Under the pieces are notes generated by a model. It did not search any database. It worked only from the letters and a program-made list of their open reading frames with translations, and was not told where the DNA came from. Source: Opitutus sp. GAS368 (GTDB lineage: Bacteria; Verrucomicrobiota; Verrucomicrobiia; Opitutales; Opitutaceae). From it: DNA of 54,939 nucleotides. Positions within the stretch are counted from its first letter, which is position 1. The number at the start of each line of letters is the position of its first letter. The DNA lies in contig CAMAVZ010000011.1 of the NCBI GenBank assembly GCA_945861645.1, positions 1 through 54,939 on the forward strand, written 5' to 3'. Both the position numbers and the translations under genes were made by a program. Shown piece after piece: positions 8,481 to 15,147 of the stretch.

Positions 8481-8705
8481 ATGGCGCGCGGAGCGCGCCA
8501 GTTTAAGTTGGGCGCTGTTGCCGCGTGCTCGCGGCACATGTGTGCCCTGTTGATGCCTGCTGGCATCACGGGGTCCGTCAGCCGGCCTGCGCCGGGCGGA
8601 TGTCCGACGTTCTTGGGTGCTGCGCACCCAAAACGTAGGCAAAAGTTTAAGTTGAAGATCGGGGGCCCTACTTCGCTCGATGAGCTATGAAGGGCACGCG
8701 GTGGG
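8481..8705. repeat. Hairpin mosaic
   Basis: Matches 6882-7031 and 37468-37585. Confidence 0.85.
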
Positions 8706-8752
8706 CGGGGCATGCTGGCGGGACATAGCGCCATAGTCATTCGTCGTAGCGT

Positions 8753-9160
8753 TTAGGAAAACGGATTGAGGGTGTTGACGCCGGAACGTTGGAAGTCGGC
8801 GGTATTGCGCGTGACGACGGTGAGTTTGTGTTGGAGGGCGGTGGCGGCAATCAGTCCATCTGTGACCGGGAGTGGTTGATTGAGACACAACCGTCCCCAG
8901 CCATCGGAAATAACAGAAGTGACCGGCAAAATACGCTCCGTGTAATGAGCTTCCAATCCGAGCAGCCAGCGTTCAAGCGCGCCGGCCGCTTTGGCATCTT
9001 TGGGCCGATGGAGCTCAATGCCCCGGCGGATTTCACCCAGGCTGAGCACACTTAGGAATGCCTCGTCTGGCTGGATGCTGGACATCCAGTCGGCCACGCC
9101 CTGGTTGCAGTGCGGCTTCCGCAGCTCGGAAATAACGCAGGTGTCGATGAGGTAAGCCAT
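8753..9160 (-). CDS. vapC: PIN-domain VapC/FitB toxin
   Basis: YLIDTCVISELRK...LGEIRRG...DGLIAATA...VVTRNTADF...NPF. Confidence 0.93.
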   Translation of the reverse strand: MAYLIDTCVISELRKPHCNQGVADWMSSIQPDEAFLSVLSLGEIRRGIELHRPKDAKAAGALERWLLGLEAHYTERILPVTSVISDGWGRLCLNQPLPVTDGLIAATALQHKLTVVTRNTADFQRSGVNTLNPFS

Positions 9161-9396
9161 CAGATCTCAATCGTGCGCGGCAGATCCGTTGACCGGGGAA
9201 ACGGGATGGCTTTCCCTGGTGGGATACAACGAAGGTAGGCGAGGAAGTCGCGTTGGGGACCAAGCTTGTCCCCAGCCAGGACGGAGCGCAACAGACGGCG
9301 GTGAGCTTCTTCGACCGAGATGCCTTGGGCGGCGGCGCGACTGCGGAGCTTTTTTACCACAAAGGATTCGATGTCACGGACGAGGAGTTGAGGCAT
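9160..9396 (-). CDS. FitA-like RHH antitoxin
   Basis: MPQLLVRDIESFVVKKLRSRAAAQGISVEEAHRRLL. Confidence 0.88.
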   Translation of the reverse strand: MPQLLVRDIESFVVKKLRSRAAAQGISVEEAHRRLLRSVLAGDKLGPQRDFLAYLRCIPPGKAIPFPRSTDLPRTIEI

Positions 9397-9402
9397 GGCA
9401 AG

Positions 9403-9431
9403 AGGATGCTATCAGTGATAGCAATAGTCAA
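9403..9431 (-). promoter_or_regulatory. Putative promoter with perfect operator-like palindrome
   Basis: TTGACT-17-CATCCT-6-ATG; TGCTATCA-N-TGATAGCA at 9407-9423. Confidence 0.7.
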
Positions 9432-9444
9432 GGGGGAGGTCTTT

Positions 9445-9726
9445 TTAGTTTAAGTTGGAAGATCGGGGCGATGGCGGAAAAAGATGAAATCGGGAAAGTA
9501 AGGCGCGTGGCGCGCCAGTTTAAGTTGGAAGTTTAAGTTTAAGTGACGGATGCAGACGGAACCGAGATTTGCTAACTTAAACTTCAACTTTACACTTCAA
9601 CTGGAGCGCAGCGCGACTAGCGCCAGTTTAAGTTGGCACTGTTGCCGCATGCTCGCGGCACAAGTATTTGTCCTGCGTTCTTGTGTGCTGCACACCCAAA
9701 ACGCAGGCAAAAAGTTTAAGTTGAAG
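9445..9726. repeat. Hexamer-periodic inverted repeat plus hairpin string
   Basis: GTTTAAG arms versus CTTAAAC/CTTCAAC arms; 9622-9726 matches 5655-5758. Confidence 0.85.
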
Positions 9727-9746
9727 CAGGATTTCCTCGAGGGTCC

Positions 9747-10559
9747 TTACAATACGTCGGCGAAGGCTGGCTTCATGCGCTTGAAGGCGAGATGGCCGAG
9801 CGCGCACGTTATCAGACCAGTGGCATACAAATAACCGAGGTGGCTATAGTTGATCGGTTGCAGCCAGAGCGCGGCCGCACGGGCTTCTTCAATGGCTAGC
9901 AGCACGGGATTGAAGCGCATGTATAGCCAGGCGGCGTCGGGAATCATCCGCGCTGAATAAAATACCGCGCTCGAGAACATCAGGGCCAGGGTGAGAAATT
10001 GCATGATCTGACTGACGTCTCGGAAAAATACTCCCAGCGCTGAAACCAACCACGCAAGCCCCAGACAAAGTAAAATCAGCGGAAAAATAATGACGGGCAA
10101 CCACAGCAAACTCCAACTCATCGCATGGCCGCAGCATAACAAACTGAGCAGCACTAAACCTAAGCTGATTAATAAATGAATCAAAGCCGCCCCCACGTTG
10201 GCCGCTGGCAAAATCTCTAACGGGAAAACCACCTTCTTCACGAAATTTGGATTCCCCACAATCAAGCTGGGTGCGAGCGCGAGCGTTTCCGCTAAGAGAT
10301 GAAAAATAGTCAGACCAATAAAAATACCGAGAGCGTAATCCACCCGCGTCTCACCAGGGATCACCCCAAAACTGCCGCCGAAGATATACCCGAAAACTAA
10401 AACATACAGCGCGAGCATCAACAGCGGACTCAGGAACGACCAAATTAACCCTAAATGGCTGCCTTTGTGCCGTAGTTCTACGTTGCGCAGGGTGAACTGC
10501 CAGAGGAGTTCACGGTGCGTCCAGAGATCAGCTGCAAAGGGAAGGAGGCGGCGAAGCAT
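9747..10559 (-). CDS. wzm: ABC-2 polysaccharide export permease (Wzm)
   Basis: RHKGSHLGLIWSFLSPLLML...GNPNFVKKVVFPLEILP...FRDVSQ...FADVL. Confidence 0.9.
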   Translation of the reverse strand: MLRRLLPFAADLWTHRELLWQFTLRNVELRHKGSHLGLIWSFLSPLLMLALYVLVFGYIFGGSFGVIPGETRVDYALGIFIGLTIFHLLAETLALAPSLIVGNPNFVKKVVFPLEILPAANVGAALIHLLISLGLVLLSLLCCGHAMSWSLLWLPVIIFPLILLCLGLAWLVSALGVFFRDVSQIMQFLTLALMFSSAVFYSARMIPDAAWLYMRFNPVLLAIEEARAAALWLQPINYSHLGYLYATGLITCALGHLAFKRMKPAFADVL

Positions 10560-10562
10560 GGA

Positions 10563-11152
10563 TTTTTAAGGTGTAAGGGATAAGGTGTAGGTTTTTAAGC
10601 CTGAAGACGAGTAGAACATTGGAGCGATCAGGGCGGTGGCGGAAAAGATGAAATAGGAGAAAGTAGAAAATCGGGAAACTAAGATCCGGATCGACCAAGG
10701 CATTTTTAACCACGAAGGGCGCAAAATGACGCGAAGGGGGGGGCGGAAAAGATGAAACTTTGGAAAGTGGAAATCAGGAAACTCGGAATCGGCCTTTTGG
10801 ATTTAATCCAGATCGTATCCGTGCTGTGTTCCCACATCGCCCGGTGGGCACCCGCTGCGGTCACCCCTGCTCCCGCTGCTGCGGTAGTCGGGGCCACGCC
10901 TGGGGCGTGACCATCTCCGCGCTACAGCGCTCCGTCCGTGGTTAAATTGGTTTGGGATCGTACCAAGACAGTGGAGGGAAAAATGAAATAGTAGAAAGTA
11001 GAAAATTGGGAAACTAAGATCCGGATCGACCAAGGCATTTTTAACCACGAGGGGCGCAAAATGACGCGAAGGGGGGCGGAAAAGATGAAATCGTGAAAGT
11101 AGAAAACTAAGGCGCGTGGCGCGCCAGTTGAAGTTGGACGTTTAAGTTGTAG
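10563..11152. repeat. About 130 bp direct repeats flanking a 154 bp element also present at 50706-50859
   Basis: 10641-10770 resembles 10977-11105; 10802-10955 resembles 50706-50859. Confidence 0.85.
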
Positions 11153-11176
11153 CGAAAATGCACCCAGCGTTAGCAC

Positions 11177-11359
11177 TCACAGTTTCCAATGGCTTCCGCC
11201 TTCGATGGGTTTGCCTTTGGCACCTGGCGCGAAGCAACTGGCAAATTTGGCAAAGGCCAGGTATTCGCTGACCGGTCGGCGAGGCCATTGCCGTGGCGGT
11301 GGGGTCACCGGCTTGGTCCGACGCAACTGCGCACGTTCAATCTCGGTCAGGGAGGCCAT
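11177..11359 (-). CDS. Small hypothetical protein coupled to nucleotidyltransferase
   Basis: 60 aa ORF overlapping the NTase stop by 23 nt, same strand. Confidence 0.5.
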   Translation of the reverse strand: MASLTEIERAQLRRTKPVTPPPRQWPRRPVSEYLAFAKFASCFAPGAKGKPIEGGSHWKL

Positions 11360-11900
11360 GGTATTTTTTTAGCTCGTCCAGCCTGTCTTCCAAGCGAAAT
11401 ATCTTCAGATAGTCGATGATCAGGGCCCAATCGATGGCGGTGTCTTGCTCCCGCGCTGCTTCCAGGATCATCCGGATGTCCGCCCAATCGCGCGTCGCCC
11501 GCGCTGGATTGTTGACCACGGCTTGCACCTTCAGTCCGATAATGTCTTCCAAATGCACCACGCGGATCGACAGCCCATCAAGCACGGGTAGCGCTTCGGC
11601 CCGCTGGAGCATTCCCAGGGTTGGGCCCCGGAAGGCGTGAAGGATGTCGATGCGGCCCCAGTCGCCGGCCGTCGATTGATACTGGGAGACATCGGGCGAA
11701 TGGAAGATGCGTTCATAACCGAAGCCCCGGATAATTTCATCCGCTTTGCCCAGATCTTCCAGCATGAGGATAAAATCGAGATCCATGGTCGCCCGCTGCA
11801 CTCCGCGCAACCCCATGGCAAAACCGCCGATCAGCGCATAGTTGACTCCGGCCGCCTCCAGCGCGCCTACGACCTTGCGAATGACGAGTTCAAAGTCCAT
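11337..11900 (-). CDS. Nucleotidyltransferase-fold protein (DUF6036/AbiEii-like)
   Basis: YALIGGFAMGLRGVQRATMDLDFI...RIDIL...EDIIGLK...DWADI; start at MDFELV. Confidence 0.8.
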   Translation of the reverse strand: MDFELVIRKVVGALEAAGVNYALIGGFAMGLRGVQRATMDLDFILMLEDLGKADEIIRGFGYERIFHSPDVSQYQSTAGDWGRIDILHAFRGPTLGMLQRAEALPVLDGLSIRVVHLEDIIGLKVQAVVNNPARATRDWADIRMILEAAREQDTAIDWALIIDYLKIFRLEDRLDELKKYHGLPDRD

Positions 11901-12090
11901 GCGGGGAAAAGAGGGCGGCGTGTTGGGCGGTTGCTTCGTCAGCTGCGCCACCCGCCGGCGGATGTTTTTGCGGGGTCAGCATGGCGGCAGTGAACGGCGG
12001 CTACGCTCAGCATTCAACTTTTAACGCTCAAGTGAAAGATCGGCCAAAGCGGAAGAGCCGGTGGCCCCACCGTCGCCAAACCGCGGCAAG

Positions 12091-12250
12091 TACCGTTGTT
12101 TGCCTCTGCAAACCCGGTATGCCCTGTTGATGCCTACTGGCATCCCGGGGTTCGTCCACCGGCCTGCGCCGGTGCGAATGTCCTCAATTCTCGCTTTCGC
12201 GAAACAGAGGCACGTCCCGTTGTGGTGTGCTCGCCACCCGGGATTTGTCC
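12091..12250. repeat. Hairpin string
   Basis: Near copy of 4479-4601. Confidence 0.8.
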
Positions 12251-12292
12251 ACGGTTCTGGCGCGTCATCCGTCGCCAAACCGAGGTAAAAGA

Positions 12293-12589
12293 TCAGGCGA
12301 CTTGCAAGGGCTGGACGGTGGCCTTGATTTTTGGACCAAGCGCGTGAATCGCCTCGCGCAGGTCATAGGCGAGTTGGACCCTCAGCCAATAGCCAGGCGT
12401 CTGGCCAAAATAGGTGGAAAGATGGAGATCGGTTTCCGCGGTGATCCCGCGCTTCTCGTTGACGATTTCGTTGGCGCGCTGCTGGGGGAGCTTCGCGTCT
12501 TTCGCCAGTCGGTAGGGCGTGAGGCCCATGGGACCAAGAAACTCCTCTCGGAGTAGTTCGCCGGGATGGACATTGCGGTGCTTTTTCAT
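12293..12589 (-). CDS. higA: HigA family HTH antitoxin (orphan)
   Basis: VHPGELLREEFLGPMGLTPYRLAK...EIVNEKRGITAET...YW..Q..YDL. Confidence 0.93.
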   Translation of the reverse strand: MKKHRNVHPGELLREEFLGPMGLTPYRLAKDAKLPQQRANEIVNEKRGITAETDLHLSTYFGQTPGYWLRVQLAYDLREAIHALGPKIKATVQPLQVA

Positions 12590-12592
12590 GGT

Positions 12593-12607
12593 TTAGTGAT
12601 AGTCGGT
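12593..12607 (-). pseudogene. Terminal remnant (TDYH*) of higB toxin
   Basis: ACC GAC TAT CAC TAA lies 3 nt before the higA ATG; DYH* is the usual HigB C-terminus; upstream sequence is repeat DNA. Confidence 0.6.
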
Positions 12608-12938
12608 GGCGCGCGGCGTAGCCGCACGCCAGTTTAAGTTGGAAGTTTAAGTTGGAAGTTACGGATGCAGACGGAACCGGGATCTGCTGACTTAAACTTC
12701 AACTTTACACTTAAACTATCGGACGCGAAAGCGTAGGGCGCTGGCACGCTAGTTTAAGGATAAAGTTTAAGTTGAAGTGAAATTCAGCCGGTCGGACGAG
12801 GCTCGCGGAGCGCGCCAGTTTAAGCGCAAGGCGCTAGTTTAAGTTGAGAGTTTAAGATTGGGGGCGTACGGAACGGGGATCTGCTGACTTAAACTTCAAC
12901 TCCAAATTTCAACTAGCGCGGTCAGCCGCGCTGGGCGC
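12607..12938. repeat. Two hexamer-periodic inverted-repeat elements
   Basis: Same core ACGGAAC.GG.ATCTGCTGACTTAAACTTCAACT as 9500-9619, 13511-13630, 37571-37660. Confidence 0.85.
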
Positions 12939-12939
12939 T

Positions 12940-13227
12940 TCAGGATTTTAGCCGTTTGATAAATTGAGCCTCGAAGAGTTCGTACACCAGCTGGCGCTCC
13001 TCAATGAAGAGCACTTCGATAGCCCCATCGGCTGCGTAGGCGAAAAGGATGCGATGGCGGCCCACCCGGAGTCGATAGTAGCCCGAAAGATTGGCTTCGA
13101 GGGCACAGATGTCGCCTCGCTCCTCGCGCAGCTCGGTGAGGGCTTGCTTGATTGCACGCCGAGGCTCCGGCGCGAGCCGGCGGACATAGTCGATCACTAA
13201 AGTAGAGGGACGAACGACACGGCTCAC
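12940..13227 (-). CDS. relE: RelE family toxin
   Basis: DICALEANLSGYYRLRVGRHRILF...IEERQLVYE; GTGA overlap with Phd gene. Confidence 0.82.
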   Translation of the reverse strand: MSRVVRPSTLVIDYVRRLAPEPRRAIKQALTELREERGDICALEANLSGYYRLRVGRHRILFAYAADGAIEVLFIEERQLVYELFEAQFIKRLKS

Positions 13228-13472
13228 CCGGAGAGATCCTCCAGCCGGCCGAACTTAGTTCGGCCGGCCTGATGCTCAGCAATGGCGTGCATCGCCGCAG
13301 CGTTCCCCATGATTTCGAGGGTCTCGGCAATAGCACTCATGCGCGCATGGCCGATCACGCAGGCGACGGATTTGTCATGACGGGTGACGGTAACGACCTT
13401 CCCCTTCTCGGCCGCCTTCACGAGGGCGGGGAAGGCATCTTGGCCTTCGGAAATGCTGACGGTAGATTTCAT
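13224..13472 (-). CDS. Phd/YefM family antitoxin
   Basis: TVSISEGQDAFPALVKAAEKGKVVTVTRHDKSVA...ETLEIMGN. Confidence 0.88.
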   Translation of the reverse strand: MKSTVSISEGQDAFPALVKAAEKGKVVTVTRHDKSVACVIGHARMSAIAETLEIMGNAAAMHAIAEHQAGRTKFGRLEDLSG

Positions 13473-13510
13473 GAATTAACCTGTAGATCGTGGTGTACGA
13501 AAGTCAAGTA

Positions 13511-13717
13511 TGGCGCGCGGCGCAGCCGCGCGGAGCACGCCAGTTTAAGGGTAAAGTTTAAGTTGAAGATCGGGCGTACGGAACGGGAATCTGCTGACTT
13601 AAACTTCAACTTTACACTTAAACTATCAGCAGCTGGGGCCACCGCTCCGAATCCCCAATCTTAAACTTAAACTCCCAACTCCAACTAACCCATGGCGCGC
13701 TTCGCGCGCCATGGGTT
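13511..13717. repeat. Hexamer-periodic element plus perfect hairpin
   Basis: Element as above; AACCCATGGCGCGC-TTC-GCGCGCCATGGGTT at 13687-13717. Confidence 0.8.
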
Positions 13718-13771
13718 TTCCTGTTGCCAAATTGGGGGCTTTGCGGCGCCCTCTAGCTTATTAAATTATTC

Positions 13772-15145
13772 ATGAAATTCCTGAATCTCTGCGCGCTGCT
13801 CCCAGTCCTGGCAGTCAATTTATGGGCGGCGGCGCCCACAGCTCCTGAGCTTAGTTTGCCGGAAGCGATCTTCCCTGATCTCGAGGTGATTCTCAAAAAA
13901 GCCGCCCAGCAATCCCCCCAAATGCTGAGCCAGGCCCTCACCTTGGAGATTGCGGAAGAGGGTCGCATTTACGCCCGTTCCTCACTGCTCCCAAGCATTG
14001 GAGCGAGTGTCAGTCTTAGCCGAGCACAAGATAAAACTACTTACGTCTACAACCCGCGGAACTCTTCCTCGACGGAGTACTACTCCACGACCAATCCTTA
14101 CAGTTATTCTATTTCACAGCCAGTTTTCCATTGGGGCGCCTTGCGCAATTCAGCGCGCATCGGGGCGATCTACGCCAGCATTGCTCATGGTCAGTATCGC
14201 AACGGCTATCGGCAACTCGCGCAGGGCCTGCGGGCCAGTTATCAGGCACTGATCGTGCAGAAAATAGCGGTCAAACGGGCCACGCTATACCTCGAAATCG
14301 TCCAGAAACAATTGGCTATTCATGAGGCGGGTTTTGCCAAGCAGGAGATCGCCGAAGCCACGGTAGTCGCTTCGCGTCTCGCAGTGGAAGCGGCACAAAT
14401 CGACTATGAGCGGGTGCAATTTAATTTTGAGTCAGCTAAAAATTCCTTGGCCCGTTTATCGGGCTGTCCGGCTTTAGCTAATGAGGCTATTCCTGACGAG
14501 GTGCCGTCACTCACCTACAACGAGGCCGCTTTCAGTCAGTTGCTCGCGGGCTTCCTTGCGCAAAAAGATCCCCCGACGATTGATGCGGTTACCGCGCGAA
14601 AAAATCTGGAAATTGCCAACTTGAATTATGCGATCACGCGGACGCGGTTGCGCCCCAAATTTGGGGCCTCGGCGGGGGTATCGCAGAGTGTCCAACACAA
14701 CCTTTACGGCTCAATCGATACCTACCAACTGAATTCAAGATCGATCAGCATCTCCGCCTCGTGGTCACTCTTCGATGGCTTTGCTTCCGGGGCCGCCCAG
14801 CGCAGCGCCTTGGCCACCCGGCGCCAGCAGGAGGCTGCCTACAAGGAACTGACCGACCAGCTGGCCCAGTCGGCGCAGACCCAAGTGAAGCTGATCAATT
14901 TTTACGCCCGTACCATGTCGATGTCCGATCGCGCACTCGTTGCCAGCGGGGAAAATCTCGAACATCAGCAAGCCGAATTTGCTTTGGGCAATATTGCCGA
15001 GGCCGCCCTGAGTTGGGCCCAGATGGGCTTGTACGACGCGCAAATGAGCACCTACAGTGTCCGCAGTGAATATCTCCGCCAGACGGGAGAATTTCTCGGT
15101 CTCATCGTGGAAGATCCGGTCCTTAATAATTTAACCGATAAATAA
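13772..15145 (+). CDS. TolC family outer membrane efflux protein
   Basis: Signal peptide; LLPSIGAS..., SWSLFDGF OEP-like motifs; first gene of exporter operon. Confidence 0.8.
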   Translation: MKFLNLCALLPVLAVNLWAAAPTAPELSLPEAIFPDLEVILKKAAQQSPQMLSQALTLEIAEEGRIYARSSLLPSIGASVSLSRAQDKTTYVYNPRNSSSTEYYSTTNPYSYSISQPVFHWGALRNSARIGAIYASIAHGQYRNGYRQLAQGLRASYQALIVQKIAVKRATLYLEIVQKQLAIHEAGFAKQEIAEATVVASRLAVEAAQIDYERVQFNFESAKNSLARLSGCPALANEAIPDEVPSLTYNEAAFSQLLAGFLAQKDPPTIDAVTARKNLEIANLNYAITRTRLRPKFGASAGVSQSVQHNLYGSIDTYQLNSRSISISASWSLFDGFASGAAQRSALATRRQQEAAYKELTDQLAQSAQTQVKLINFYARTMSMSDRALVASGENLEHQQAEFALGNIAEAALSWAQMGLYDAQMSTYSVRSEYLRQTGEFLGLIVEDPVLNNLTDK

Positions 15146-15147
15146 AA

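Noticed and set aside
5583-8740. Repeated small ORFs such as MARGARQFKL.., MPTFWVRSTQERR.., MTPAGINRAHLCREHAATA
   Set aside because: Translations of non-coding repeat modules in several frames; they have inconsistent starts and stops
10528-11176. Duplicated ORFs MVKNALVDPDLSFPIFYF and MAPTTAAAGAG (also 50397-50801)
   Set aside because: Artefacts of the direct repeats and the 154 bp element; no coding support
652-13510. Canonical integron or CALIN
   Set aside because: No intI in the window and no consistent RYYYAAC...GTTRRRY site with L boxes after each gene; only 1110-1201 is loosely similar
100-13717. CRISPR array
   Set aside because: Repeats are heterogeneous, not constant-length repeats with unique equal-length spacers; no cas genes
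13687-13720. Rho-independent terminator
   Set aside because: Perfect hairpin with short T run, but it lies between divergent genes and shares arms with the repeat family; treated as repeat
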